Shown: positions 1 through 13,263, numbered from the stretch's first letter. The stretch is DNA of 64,000 bases from Lingula anatina (GCA_051362555.1 CM120640.1:10664001-10728000); one strand, 5' to 3'. A program made the numbers and translations. Notes: generated from the sequence alone by a model not told the origin.

Positions 1-982
1 TCATTGTAAACACAATAAGTGGAAGTCAATTTTACTTTTTGGCTGTATATTTACAGAGCTGATGAATATTCATAAAATGCAGGTCAAATTCGAAAATCAG
101 CATGATCGAGCCATTATTGTAGAAGTTATGCTGTTTTTTCACTTTTCAGCATATATGCAACACTGTAAACACATTTCAAGGAAAACCGATAGGCCTGTTG
201 TCATGAAACTCACAGGAGTAATCGATCTTACTAAAACGCAGATCAAGTTTGAAAATCGGCATGATCGGGCCACTATTTTAGTAGTTATGCTGTTTTTTCA
301 TTTTTCAGCATATATGCAACACTGTAAACACAATATAAGAAAAACAGATGGGCGAATTGTCATGAAAGTCACAGGAGGGGTCAATTTTACTAAAATGCAG
401 GTTGAGTTCGTAAATCAGCATAATCGTGCCATTATTTTAGAAGGTGTGCTGTTTTTTCACATTTCCTCAGATTCAATTCTTAGGCATGTTAACAGTCTCA
501 TTATTAAACTAATAAGATACGTAAAAGTGTTTGTTTGACATTTCCTGCATCTTTACAACATTGTTAGTTGATCATGTAAAAATGATGGTAAACTTTTTAT
601 CGTGTATTGTGTAATAAAGTGTCAAAAATGGAAATAAACTCATATCATTGCAGTTTGTCAGATTCAATCATCCACTATGTTCAGAATCTCAGAATGGAGG
701 AAATTGGACATTTAACACTGTTCTATTGATATTTTTCCAATATCATTAATTTTCTTAGTTGATCATATAAAAATGGCAGTAAACTGTTCATTTTGTTTTA
801 TATTAAAAAAGTGTTAAAAATGGAAATAAACCCATTTCAGAACAGTGCTGTCTTGTTAAAATTTGATGTTGAATTTGCAGTTTAACATTATGTACTTTTG
901 CATCAGAATTGGCAGTAGCCTATTTTGTGCATAGTTATTTCCTGCTTTTTGTCTGTACATTTGACAGCTTTGCTGCCTTGTT
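1..982 (+). mobile_element. Helentron/DINE-1-like non-autonomous element (family A), 5' end outside window
   Basis: Same sequence as the copies at 15542-18232, 36750-43630 and 57613-59610. Ends in the family 3' module TTTGTCTGTACATTTGACAGCTTTGCTGCCTTGTT (sub-terminal IR plus CAGC-TTT-GCTG hairpin) followed by a T run. Confidence 0.8.
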
Positions 983-1203
983 TTTTCAGTCTGTCTAAAG
1001 CCTCAAACTAACCTGAATGAATCCTGTTCAGTTTGAAAGAAATGAAACTGATAATTCATTACACACAAATTTCAATACTATAAAAAGAAAAGCAAGAAAA
1101 ACTAAAAGCCAGTACTAAGCTCAATGTATATGTACACATGTTATCACAGCTGCTTTGATAAGTTTCAGGACTCCTGAAGTTTGAAACAGAGATAGAGCCA
1201 CAG

Positions 1204-1207
<4 letters not shown>

Positions 1208-1240
<33 letters not shown>
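1208..1240. repeat. (TA)n microsatellite
   Basis: Direct reading of the sequence. Confidence 0.95.
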
Positions 1241-1241
<1 letters not shown>

Positions 1242-1762
1242 CTGAGTGGATATCCTGTAAGCCATTAAAAAAATACTAAATTTATAACAACCATTCTGTA
1301 AAACTACACTTGCCCAAAATAATGAGCTATCAGTTGCCACAATAACTGTTGCTATCAGATTAAGCACTACAATTCAATATGAACAAGAAATCTGGTTCTT
1401 CACAACCTATCAAATTGAATGTAAATAATTCCTGGTATAAAATGTATTTCAAAAATATACAGTGGTTGCAGAAATACCTTTCATAGCAAACTTGGAAAAA
1501 ATACAGTTAAAAATTCAAAATCAAAATACCCAACAAAAACATTCCTATTATCTTATAGAAATTGCTTCAGAATGCTAAGAATAGCTCATTTATCTGCTAG
1601 GGGTTTAAGTTTTGATTGAGGTGTACATTTATCTTTGGATGAAATGACTGAAAAGGGAAAGCCAACATATGGGTATGGCACACTTGATAAATAACTATGA
1701 TCATATTTTAGAATATATATATATACATATATTCCAAAACCTTTTAAAAAAGCACTCTCCAA

Positions 1763-4700
1763 CTACTCTCCATGATATATTTTTTGCGTTCTAAGAGTGC
1801 CGTTTTTAGTAATTTTTTCATATGGCTTGGCAATTTCCTTTCTCTTGTTGTATGTTTGATGGTAGAAATTGCCAAAGAGAACTATGTGGGAGACCATGTA
1901 GAGGATGAGAGCTGCATTGTATCCATTTGGGAAACCACAGTCCTTGTACATAGCGAAGCTGGTATGGAACAGAATAATTACAAATTGCAGCTGAAATTGA
2001 AGAATAAACAACTGTTAGAGTTCTTGGACAAGTGAAGATTTTAGTAGACATATATAACTGGTAATTTATTTTATAATGAAATTATTTTTCATTATGAAAA
2101 CATTTTTTCATATATAAAAAGTGATTTTTATAACATCAAGATAACACTTTACACAGTATAAAGGATGAAAACGACTGCAACAAAAATATTGATGTGGACA
2201 AAATGATTCTAAATATTATTATGATTATATAAAAATTATCATAAACCATAATGATCTTCAAAGCACTTTTCCAAATCTATATAATATGTGCTGCAGTCAA
2301 ATAAGGACTCCTCACAGGACATGCTTAGTCAAAACAGTCAAAAGCTATTCTTGTTGGAAGATCATAACATGAGCTGCACAGCAGGAATCAAGTAGTCCCC
2401 CCCCCCTCCCATAAATTCATAGAAAAATGTCATCTTTTCCCCATAGAAATCATGGCTCACCAACTGCAGAGATGTCATATACTTCTTCCACCATAAGTAT
2501 TTTTGCATATGTGGACCAATGGCAGACAGTCCATAGTAAGTGTACATCAGAATATGGATCAAGCTGTTAACCAAGGCAGAAAAATAGGCTGGAATAATCA
2601 AAGCAGTAGGATGATTCCATTCTTGTTACATATTATTTACTGGTCAATTTTCAAAAAGATCTGTACAAAGAAAAGGTTAGCAGTGTAATCTTCTTTACGA
2701 CTGATGGAAAAGATGGGTCTGACAGCTAGTATACTCACATTCGCCTCCTGGTACAAACTTGACTCCAATCCACCATAGTAACACCATAGTAGAGTGATGG
2801 TACACATGGAGGAATGTTATCTGATTGTTCTTTTTTCGCAGGATGAAGAAAAACTTGAATGAAAACAAAAATAAGTATTATTATTTTGTAATTTATAAAA
2901 GTTCTCCACACCAAAAGACAACTCGGTTTTTTATTAATAAAATAAACGAACACATAAAAGTGTGCAGCATTTGAGTTACCTCGACAACACTGAATCAACG
3001 AATAATTAACATAAACATGTGTCAAACATTTTTATTGGTAATATAGAACAGCGTTTTCTAATTCATGGCCTGCCGGGTGTTTTTAGTCAATTCCATTGCT
3101 CTTTGTTCTGAACAATGACTACGGTACTCCAATTTCTTATTTAGTTTTGCAATATGAACTTACTGTGTCCATAAACTCAATTATCTTGGAAAAGAAATAC
3201 CACCAGCATACATTAGCCAACTACAAAATAAATAAAATAAAATAAACAATCATGTTAATTAGTCATGGTTATTACAGAGTGCATGCATACCAAATGAAAG
3301 AAAACATGGCTTTATTTAAATGGTAATTAGTCTCAAGGGTAAGACTGGGTTCCCATGCCTAGAACGAACCATCTGGATTGGTCTAACTCCCTATGGAGTC
3401 TCACTAAATTGCTATAAACTTAACTGGCTTAATTGTCTGTCACACCTACTGAATCAGCTAGGGGGTAAAGATCATTACCCCTAACAGCTTTACTAGGCGT
3501 GACAGACATTTAAGCTGGTTAAATTGATAGCAATGTAGTGAGACTCCCCAGGGAGATAGATCGATCCAAATATCTGTGGGAATGGTCCCTAAGCATATAC
3601 ATTTTATCATAAGACTTGTCTGATATGTGAATATATAGTAAGTCGAGGTGTTAAAAAAACAACAACTTGAGATATTTACTGAAATGCAAATATTTGCAGA
3701 CATCAATATATAAAACTCTGGATAATACTCAATCTTGTTTATCATGATAATTTTCTATCTTACGTTTAATGCATTTATCTTGGTACCTGACATTTCCATA
3801 TTAAAATAGGACATAACTTTAAACAGGACATGCTGGCAAAGAGATGAAATTGAGTTTTTTATGAGAGTATAAGCTACTTACTCTAATTGCCATGGGATCA
3901 TCTTTGGTATCCACTGGTTGACATACCAAGCTAAAGCTGGCATTCAGTGCAGTACTTGCAAATATCTGTAAATGCAAAATTGTTTTGCCAAATACTAGAG
4001 TTGAATGTTGCCTTAATCTGTGACATATTTTACTTGCAAAACTAAACTCTGTGGAAATAAATGATCTAATTTTGAAATCATAATTCACGAGCACAGTAAT
4101 TCATGGCATTGTAGTGATCCGTTAATTAGAACTGAATCTTCTAAATTTGCATACATCAGATATGTATATATTTGTACGTTTTAATTATTCAAATATACTT
4201 AGACATGACATGTTGCATGGCAGTTTAAGAGAAGTTCATTTAAAATGCAAATTAAGATTTAATTTAAATGTATCTACAATTAAGTTAATGTACATAGGCA
4301 TGGCATGTTTCATGACAGTTATGAAAGCTAATTTGAAATGCAAATTAAGATAGAGTATAAAGGCAGTGACTGAGCCACAGAGACAGATGGACTTACAGAC
4401 TGAGAGAGTTAGAGATAGTTATAGATACGGTAGAAGAGACCTGAGTCTTCAGGCGCTTGAATAAACCATGTAACAGAAAACTATTCCTGCCTGTCTCAGT
4501 TGACTTACTGGTGAAAATGTAACTCTTAGAACAAGTGTATAACCACCGACTGGTTATTACAAATGGCGAGCTCCCAGGTTTCACCTTAAGCAGCTGAGAC
4601 AGAAAGGCAGTTTATAGTCAAGATGCTGTATGAAGACGAAGACCAGTATGAAGACCCAGACATCTACAGCAGGCTGTTAGATTGTCTGGGTGGAATCAGT

Positions 4701-7305
4701 AGTGTTCTGAAGACGCAGGAAACTAGCAAAGAAGATGCACTTTTATTGTCAAATTCCCTTGCAAATCTGTGGGAAGTTATGAAAAAAGAAACAACAGAAT
4801 ATGACGATGGAAACAAACTATCTTTCGAAGCAATGATAAGCAGCATCCAGATAGAAGTGGGGCAGAGAAGCACAGTGGGTGAGGACAGCTGTGATGAAGA
4901 GACTGCAATAGGGAAAGAAGTTAGAGAGAGGATCCAGAGCAATGAGGTTGTGATTAGCGGTGTTGCTAACAAATCTCCAAAAGAAGAATTCCCTGGTGCC
5001 GAGATGTTGCAGCTCCCCGATGGAGGCAACGATGATGTGGTCAGTGACGTTGCTGACAAAGCAAAATCTCCCGAATTTGAGATTTTGAAACCCCTTATGA
5101 CCAGTGGTGATTCAATTTCTGATGTATTAAATTCCCCTGATGCAGAAATGTTCCTGTTCCCTGATGAAGAGAGGTTGTCGCTCAGTGATGCTGAACTGTT
5201 GAAGTCTACTGATGATAAGATGATGAAGTCTCCCTGTGAGAAGATGATGAAAACCCCTGATGTCGAAATGCTGCGCGTTGAAGAAATGGCCACCAATAAG
5301 ACCAAACTGATTGAAAATGAGTGTTACCATGAAGACAACGAAGAAAATGACGAACAAGCGAAGGAAAAGATTGAGCAAAAGAGATACTATGGGGACAATG
5401 ACGGAAATGATGAACAAGTAATGGAAAAGGAAAAACTGCATGTTGGAGAAACGGACAATGATAAGACCAAACTGTTTGAATATGTGTGTTACCATGAGGA
5501 CAATGAAGAAAATGACGAACAAGTGAAGGAAGAGAATGATCTGCGTACTGAGGAAAGGGACAATGATATGGTGAATTTGAATATACCTGCTTATTACAAG
5601 GATAAAGACAGAAATGAAAAACAAGGGAAGAAAACGAATGACTTGTTTGATGTTTTAGAAAGTACTGAAAAACCTCACTTGAAAGGTATAGAGAAATGGA
5701 GGTACCCACCTCATTGCAAAATAAGGTATTTTTCTAATAAGTAAGTTGTCCATGAGTAATTTTTAATAATTATTTTTTCTTTTATTCAATGTATAAAATA
5801 AAATGGAGGTATCAACTTCTCTGGAATTTTTTTCAATAAGGCTAGGATATTGGCCTAAGATTGATTTTCATGAAATTTTCTGTTAATTTTTGTATGTGGC
5901 ACTTTCCTTTATTTGCATCCAATTTTTTTAAAATGCATGCACCAGTTTTTATGTTGTGAAACGTGTACTATCTATTGACTGATTTAAGTAAAAGATGTAA
6001 GGCAGTAAGATTTTTATTTTTAAATGTGTGTATGTCTATGCAAAGCTAAAGTATGTATAAAAGTCCTTAAATGCTTATGTAAAGCTATAGTTGTTTTTTT
6101 ATTGTTTAAATTGTTAAAAATTGGTTAAATTTGATTAGAAGATAATCATGTACTTTGTATTATAGCTTAACATTCTGTTAATTACAGTGTATAAACAGGT
6201 GTCAGTGAAATAGGTTTTAAAAAAAATTAAGTTTCTTAATTTTTTTTTCGGTAAAAAAGGGAGATATATGTGTAGTGATCCGTTAATTAGAACTGAATCT
6301 TCTAAATTTGCATACATCAGATATGTATATATTTGTACGTTTTAATTATTCAAATATACTTAGACATGACATGTTGCATGGCAGTTTAAGAGAAGTTCAT
6401 TTAAAATGCAAATTAAGATTTAATTTAAATGTATCTACAATTAAGTTAATGTACATAGGCATGGCATGTTTCATGACAGTTATGAAAGCTAATTTGAAAT
6501 GCAAATTAAGATAGAGTATAAAGGCAGTGACTGAGCCACAGAGACAGATGGACTTACAGACTGAGAGAGTTAGAGATAGTTATAGATACGGTAGAAGAGA
6601 CCTGAGTCTTCAGGCGCTTGAATAAACCATGTAACAGAAAACTATTCCTGCCTGTCTCAGTTGTCTTATTGGTGAAAATGTAACTCTTAGAACAAGTGTA
6701 TAACCACCGACCGGTTATTACAGCATGTGGTAGATAAATTTTATGCTTGTTTGCATTATTAGTCATAATGAAAAAGCATAAAACTTTTGCTCTATATTAT
6801 AATATTATAACACTGTTCTATGAAATTTCCTAATTTGAACAGAATTTCACATTCCAACATACCTCCCAAAACATGTATACAGATAGGAACACAAGGCCTA
6901 AATTATACACAACCAACACTTTGCTTAGTTTGTATGCTGGTCTGCTTTTCATCCATACTGGTCCCTTCCACACCAAGTACAAATACAGTGCAGTTGCTGT
7001 ATAAGATGGGATTGGACTGTCCATAAGAAACCATTCTGATGTCCTTGGATCTGCAGGAATTAAAGAAAATATTGATTATTATTATTTGTAGATATATCTT
7101 ATGTAGTTAAACAGTACATATAACTCGCCAATAGCTAGACAAATAACATATTTTTACAAGATACAGTTTCTGTAAAATGTACTTATATCATTTGCACTGT
7201 AACTGTTAAAAACTTGTGCGAGCAGTTGCAAAAGGAGAATAAGTTAAAATGTTTTATTTGCTGACCTGATAGAGACATGATTCCACTGTAGAGGTCTCCC
7301 ACCAT
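1763..7305 (-). CDS. Very-long-chain fatty acid elongase, ELOVL4/ELOVL8-like, 279 aa, 7 coding exons
   Basis: Coding exons on -: 7305-7266 ([13 protein letters not shown]), 7050-6863 (188 nt, [13 protein letters not shown]), 3965-3882, 3220-3164 ([19 protein letters not shown]), 2853-2739 ([16 protein letters not shown]), 2588-2461 ([17 protein letters not shown]) and 1990-1763 (stop TAG). All junctions are GT-AG with consistent phases, totalling 840 nt. ELOVL motifs KxxExxDT, HxxHH, NxxxHxxMYxYY and TxxQxxQ are present. Confidence 0.95.
3343..3589. mobile_element. Palindromic MITE (family E)
   Basis: Long imperfect internal inverted repeat (GGAGTCTCACTAAATTGCTAT...ATAGCAATGTAGTGAGACTCC) with TAA-like flanks. 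A second copy lies at 36424-36671 and a split copy at about 44078-44192 plus 48580-48685. Confidence 0.75.
4110..4561 (+). repeat. 5' LTR
   Basis: TGTAGTG...TTATTACA, TATA-like TATAAA at ~4356, AATAAA at ~4460; near-identical to 6271-6722. Confidence 0.93.
4623..5744 (+). CDS. Intact 373-aa acidic, internally repetitive orphan protein carried by the LTR element
   Basis: Single uninterrupted ORF starting 62 nt after the 5' LTR. It is D/E/K-rich, with KSP-x-x-E-type short repeats and a duplicated block [23 protein letters not shown]. AATAAA follows at ~5797. Confidence 0.7.
   Translation: MLYEDEDQYEDPDIYSRLLDCLGGISSVLKTQETSKEDALLLSNSLANLWEVMKKETTEYDDGNKLSFEAMISSIQIEVGQRSTVGEDSCDEETAIGKEVRERIQSNEVVISGVANKSPKEEFPGAEMLQLPDGGNDDVVSDVADKAKSPEFEILKPLMTSGDSISDVLNSPDAEMFLFPDEERLSLSDAELLKSTDDKMMKSPCEKMMKTPDVEMLRVEEMATNKTKLIENECYHEDNEENDEQAKEKIEQKRYYGDNDGNDEQVMEKEKLHVGETDNDKTKLFEYVCYHEDNEENDEQVKEENDLRTEERDNDMVNLNIPAYYKDKDRNEKQGKKTNDLFDVLESTEKPHLKGIEKWRYPPHCKIRYFSNK
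6271..6722 (+). repeat. 3' LTR
   Basis: Near-identical to 4110-4561, followed by TSD GCAT. Confidence 0.93.
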
Positions 7306-8400
7306 TTTCAAAATTGAAGCTATTCCTATTATTCACAGCTAGGAGTTATTTTACTAGTTGGCTCTGAAATGAGAACGCTTTTAGTAAATGTCATTATATT
7401 TAAACACAAATGTATGTACTCTCCCTATTTCTGCTAAAAGATTTGCTTCTATTTTTGAGTGTCATTTTGTTGTAAATAAATTTAAAAAAATAATTCATCA
7501 GATCTATACACTTTCATGACTATTTTGTTCACAAGAAACCTTTACAGCTTTTACTACTTTCGATAATTTCTATTTCTGACATTTATTTTAGAAAAAATGT
7601 TTAAGCTGTTTATATTTTTATTTTCAGCATCTTAATTAACAAAATTTCACCCTACATCACTAAAGTGCAGCACTCCACAGGTTTTGTTTCATTTGGTTAT
7701 TTTCTGCATTTCATTATAATTCGAACATGAGCATCAGCCTAACTACCCTGTACCCTGTAATATTAAAAGACAGCATGGATAATGTGCTAGAGAGAAATTT
7801 ATATGAACATATAACAAAATCATCTATTCCAAATTAATGAGAAAAATATTTTACAGAAAACATAACACCTTTTCTTAATACAGAATACACCCCTTTTCAA
7901 CATATAGGTCCATTTGAAGAAAATAAAAAAAAAAAATTAAAAATACAGTTAAAACATATTCATGCATTCTACCATTTTCTTAATTTCTGTTGACAGAAAG
8001 TGATAAATTAGCTTCTTTCGTAATGGACATTTTATAAATTCATGTCATGCTAGAATGGGGAAATTTTCATATTTAGCAACGAAGGTTTCAGCTGTCTTAG
8101 TGTTGAAAGTTTTGAAAATTACAAACAACCCTTTTCAATAATATTTCTTGAAGCCCTCTCTTGTATGTAAAACCTGTATATACTTTCATAATCATTAGGG
8201 GGTTGGGGAACGGCACAACTTTTCTGTACATTCGGCACACAACAATGCATAATGACTTCTATCTCCAACCAGCCAGTCTATAGCCATTTAACCCTAAACT
8301 ACAGCAGAGGCCTCTATCACTTATGATCACTTGACATCGAAAACAAGCACATTGTTTTTCTTGCAATTTTGATGCAATACTATCACCGATTGTTACTTAC

Positions 8401-9001
8401 ATTTATCGGAATACTACGCTGGTCACATCTTCAACACGTTAAAATGTTTGTACACTTTTGCTCGTGTTAAACAAGCACGTGTTTGTTTACACGGCAACGT
8501 TTAAATGACCGCCCGCTCTAGTTTTTCATCCAATGAGGCGTCGTTTTACTTTGCATCACCAAATAGCGTAATATGAGAGCTTTTGTTTTATAGGTCAAAT
8601 ATAGGAGCACTTACCGGTGTTGGAGCCAGACTTAAAGATTGTTGGTGGCAACGAACGAGTGCTCTAACTATCCAAATGCATCTATAATTCTGTTACCTTG
8701 AAGTTTAGGGGTGAGTATTTGTGCTTCATTAGCTATCTCTTACATAGACTTTGTAATAATCTCTTCACGTTAACGAAAATGCTGATTAGACCCGTAAGTC
8801 TAGTTCCCGTAGTTAGAGACCGCGCCTCACCAGTACTTGTGTTAGTAATGTATTATTTTGCTGGGACCGCGACTTCTGAGCATTTACAATATGCATCTTA
8901 TAAGACTGAATTTTTAGACATTGTATAACACTGTAGACCTTTGCAGGCCAACCGGCCTAAGGCTTATATCCAGCTTCGGCAGCTACAGATTTACACCGCA
9001 G
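8401..9001. promoter_or_regulatory. Probable bidirectional promoter and non-coding first exons of the two ELOVL genes
   Basis: CpG-enriched relative to flanks, CCAAT at ~8530. Minus-strand donors GTAAGT at 8400 and 8614; plus-strand donor CAG/GTACGT at 9001/9002. Both ATG-containing exons (7363-7266 and 10886-10969) begin at acceptors, so they need upstream exons. Confidence 0.55.
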
Positions 9002-10899
9002 GTACGTCTCGAAACAAAAATGATGATGTACCATGTTGCCAAAAATTAACCTCAGTACCTGTTTTACAATACATATACAAGAATATCATTGTAAATTTAC
9101 ACTAAAGCATTGAGCTATATAGGATACTCGATCTGGGGCCATTAAGCTGGTTTCTCGGTATCACGTCATATTATCTATCCAGGTCAATATTACGTATTTT
9201 AGACCATGTGTTCGCTGTACAATAGATTCACTGCCCTAGTTTGCATCATGTGTAAATAGATTTTTAGTCTTTCAAGCAATAGGAATTAAACATAAGGTGA
9301 AGTTAAAAATTTTACTAGAGAATAAAAATCAGCCAGTCAACTGTGGAGTGACAAGTATACATCTCGGACCACTGGCTTTAAATGCTGCTTAAAAACATAC
9401 CCACTTTCATTATCAGATGTCAAGGACTATGATTTGTCAGTGTATGAACATTTATTTAATCTGTCAATTGCTGAGAGATAACACTGATAGCAAACCACGT
9501 TTTATAGAGCATTGCACGTGGTTATCATGGCTGTGTGCATGAACTTTATTTGGATGGGCAACTGCAATGAATTGTGAACTTTGCTACCTGACATTAGCCA
9601 AAAAAAAAAAAAAAAAAAAATGCTGTGACTTTAAGTCATAACACTTTTTAGATAGGTGTGATGTAATAAGAGGTGCTTCAGGATGCTGTTACAAGTTGAC
9701 TGCAGCACCTCTTAAGCAATGCTTTATAGAACTGCCCCACTTCTCTTATGTAACATTCCTATCATATATATTTAAAAAGAACTATTTGTTTATTTGCAGA
9801 TTTTTTATACATGTTTGATATTGACAGAATAGTGCTCAGCCTTAATTGCTCCTAATAGTAAATAGTAAAAATCAAAAGTTTACTGAAACAGATCAGTTGA
9901 TCATCTAAGAGAGACTGTGATTGTAGGGGCAGATGTGTTTAGATTCTTTACTTAAATTACACAATATTGTTGCTTTATTTCTAAAATAGTTTGTCAATTG
10001 CACCAGGCCAATGTTAGGCTTAAAAATCTCAATCTTAAAGCAAAGTCAGTTTACCTGTTGAGTACCTGCACATGGTTATCAAAAGAAAGGGAATACTTGG
10101 TATTGTTAGAACAATAACTTGAGCACACACCAGGGTACTTTTGAATGGTCACTGGTCCATGTTGCTATGTTCACATGCTAACAAATCTACATGTGCCTTT
10201 TAACAATAGGTATAGATAGGTATACCAATATAGGTAAGAGTTAAATTTAAGCTGGTCAACGAACCTTTTTGTTAGTTTTATAGACCTCACATACAACTGA
10301 ACTGTGAACAAAGCTGAAGGTTAGGACTAAATGCCAATGGCGAAACTAAAAATGAAGCTTATATTTTTTTAAGTGTCAGTTTACAAGATTCAGCTGTTGA
10401 GTACACAATTAGGGCATGAATGTTATGTCAGATATTACTGTGCCAATATTTGTGTTTGAACTTAGCATGTCAGTTGCTAAGGATTGTTCTGGTCAGTTAT
10501 ATTCAGTCTTATTCCCGCTCAATATATCATGTGAACTGCCCTCTGAAACTGAGTAATCAATGCTGTTTCCTGATAGCATTAGTTTGATTCATTTGGTTAC
10601 TAGTATGTGTATTCTCAGGGATCTAATAGTAACTATTGTTCCATTATTGTTAACCAGGAAAACAGCTAGCATAAGCCTAATTATGAATGCATGCTTTTCA
10701 TGACAACCACTCATGAACAAATAGCAAAAATAACCTAAGTATCTCTGAAAGGTTTCATATTTGAAAGAATTGCACTCCAAACAAGTATGAAAATCACAAA
10801 AGATAATGATTTTGCAGACATACATAACCATGCAATTATTATTTTGACGAATTTTTCATGAATCTTGAAATTCTATATTTTTCAGCTTGAACCAGAATT

Positions 10900-13172
10900 A
10901 TGATTGAAGTGGTAACAGACACGTTTAACCATCTCTATGAAGGTTACCTATGGACTTTATCTATTGCAGGTATGAATAACAAAGCGGGTTTACAAAATAT
11001 GGTGAAGTTGCACTGAAATTTGACAGAATTTTAGAGAAAAATATCCGTGGATAGCATCTGTCACTTTCTTTATGCTTGTTTGTTTGTTTTTGTTGCACCA
11101 GACTGCATAGTTTTTCATAATTGTTTACCTTATACTCCTCCACGTCCAACAAAATCTTGCTTCTTTTACAAGAGAAGAGATTTTATATTTAGGTTATTCT
11201 TAGTTTAAGAAATTTATACAACTGCATTACTGCTGCCCCCCCCCCCCCCAAAAAAAAAAAAAGGAGAAAATAATGTTGAAAAAAATATTGACTTTGAGAA
11301 CCCATTTAATAAGTCATGTCAATAACATTTTCAGATGAACGAGTTGCTGACTGGCTTCTTATGCAGTCACCTCTTCCAACTTTGGGATTAGTTGTTTTAT
11401 ACTTATTCTCCATATGGAGTGGAATGAAGATAATGAAAAATAGAGAACCTTTCCAGTTAAGATGGGCTATATTTTCATACAACCTAGCTTTGGTTATACT
11501 AAACTGGCACATATGCTCAGAGGTAAGTCAAATGCAGAAAACAGCATGCATAAATAATTTGGGGGAGGGGGACTTGTATATATCTAACTTAACTGTTCTT
11601 TTAAAAGTTTTAGACTGTTTTTTATAGGATGTGTTATCATCATCATGATAAGTAAAAACAATAGTGATGAAGAAATGGTCTGATTATCTATATTTTCTTT
11701 CTTTTATTTTCAGCTTTTTAGTGCCTCCTGGAAATTGAATTATAGCTACTCATGTCAAACAGTAAATTATTCATATGACCCAGATGAAATGAGGGTAAGT
11801 CGATTGTTTTGCAGCATGAGATGAGTTTTCATCAATAAAGTGTTTGTACTGGTATGTGAAGTTATTTTGAAAACATAAGAATTTAATTGGAGGTAATTTT
11901 TGAGACACTTGGTCTTCTATCAAGATAATGATCGAAAAGCATTAGCTTCTGAACTTATATTGTGCACACAAAGACCTATTTATGAGAGAATATAATATTC
12001 CAGAATTTGACACAAAAATTCTGATGTTGAAAAGTTGCAGAATGTACATTAAATGTATAATTTGCATTCATTTTCATATTACTGCATAACACTTTCAAAT
12101 TTCTTTATTTTTTCAGATAGCTAAAGCCCTTTGGTGGTATTATTTTTCAAAGTGCATTGAATTCCTAGATACCATCTTCTTTGTCATGAGGAAGAAGAAC
12201 AATCAAGTATCATTTTTGCATGTATACCATCATGCCACCATGTTTCCAATATGGTGGATCGGTGTAAAATGGGTTGCAGGAGGTCAATGTAAGTGTATGT
12301 TTTTAAAACAGAAAGAAAACAATTCGCCTTAATGTGAGAACCAGGCCGCAAGATGATCTTTGGCATTTTTAGCCGAAAACCTACAAAACCCAACACTATA
12401 ATACAATGGGAATCCTCTTATGATGAAGGCAAAGTAAATATTATTCTAAGTAAAGTCTGATGGATTTACCTTTTAATACATATTAATACATACAACCCAC
12501 AGAACATTTCCAATAAACATTCTCAAAATGACACCAGAAAGCAAAAAAAAAAGAAAAAAATCAAATCAACCAGATAGTAAACACAGACAGGCCTTGCCAA
12601 TTTCAACATTTGTTTATTACAAACAGAGTGCTTTTCATGCATGCGCAGTTATTTAAATCCTGAGCTTATGTTTTTAAATTCTGGAGAACATTAAGTACAA
12701 TAAGTAATTAACAGTTATATTTCAGTTTATTACTGTTTTGTATTTTGATTTCCCACATTATATCCATATTTTATGGAGTTGCAAAGACGATCTTATCTGA
12801 ATTAATAGTTGATAGATTCTCTTTTTCTTTTCAGCATTCATGGGTGCAATGATTAATTCATTTATTCATGTAGTGATGTACACATATTATGGAGTTGCAG
12901 CCCTAGGTCCTGAGTACCAGAAGTACTTATGGTGGAAGAAGTATCTCACCAAACTACAGCTGGTAAGGGAGGTCTGATGGACATTGTTTCATTCGATCTT
13001 TAAATGTTTTATTTAATTGGGTATATTAAGCAGTCATTCTAGAACGTTTTTGTTATTATTATTATTATTTTATAAAGTCCATATTTTTATATAACACTAT
13101 ACTTAAGCATGTCTTTGTTACATATCATTTTCATGAATGTTTTACAGTATGCTATCCAAGGACTTAAAAAAA

Positions 13173-13263
<91 letters not shown>

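Larger units (their letters stand above)
4110..6722 (+). mobile_element. Non-autonomous LTR retrotransposon (Gypsy-like) inside an intron of the minus-strand ELOVL
   Basis: Two 452-bp LTRs (4110-4561, 6271-6722) with TGT...ACA ends and about 3 mismatches by eye. 4-bp TSD GCAT (4106-4109, 6723-6726). PBS-like TGGCGAGC after the 5' LTR and a purine tract before the 3' LTR. No gag or pol recognisable. Confidence 0.93.

Noticed and set aside
62-538. 158-aa ORF and similar ORFs at 15558, 16458, 17733, 38760, 42357, 57729 and 58795
   Set aside because: All lie within family A repeat copies. Frames and stops differ between copies and there is no recognisable domain, so they are chance ORFs.
4664-5709. 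Long antisense ORFs (213, 165 and 167 aa)
   Set aside because: Shadow frames of the purine-rich 373-aa ORF, with compositionally biased translations.
8615-8681. ATG-initiated exon in phase with the DPRT exon as first coding exon of the minus-strand ELOVL
   Set aside because: It has an in-frame TAG at codon 6, and a proper first coding exon exists at 7305-7266.
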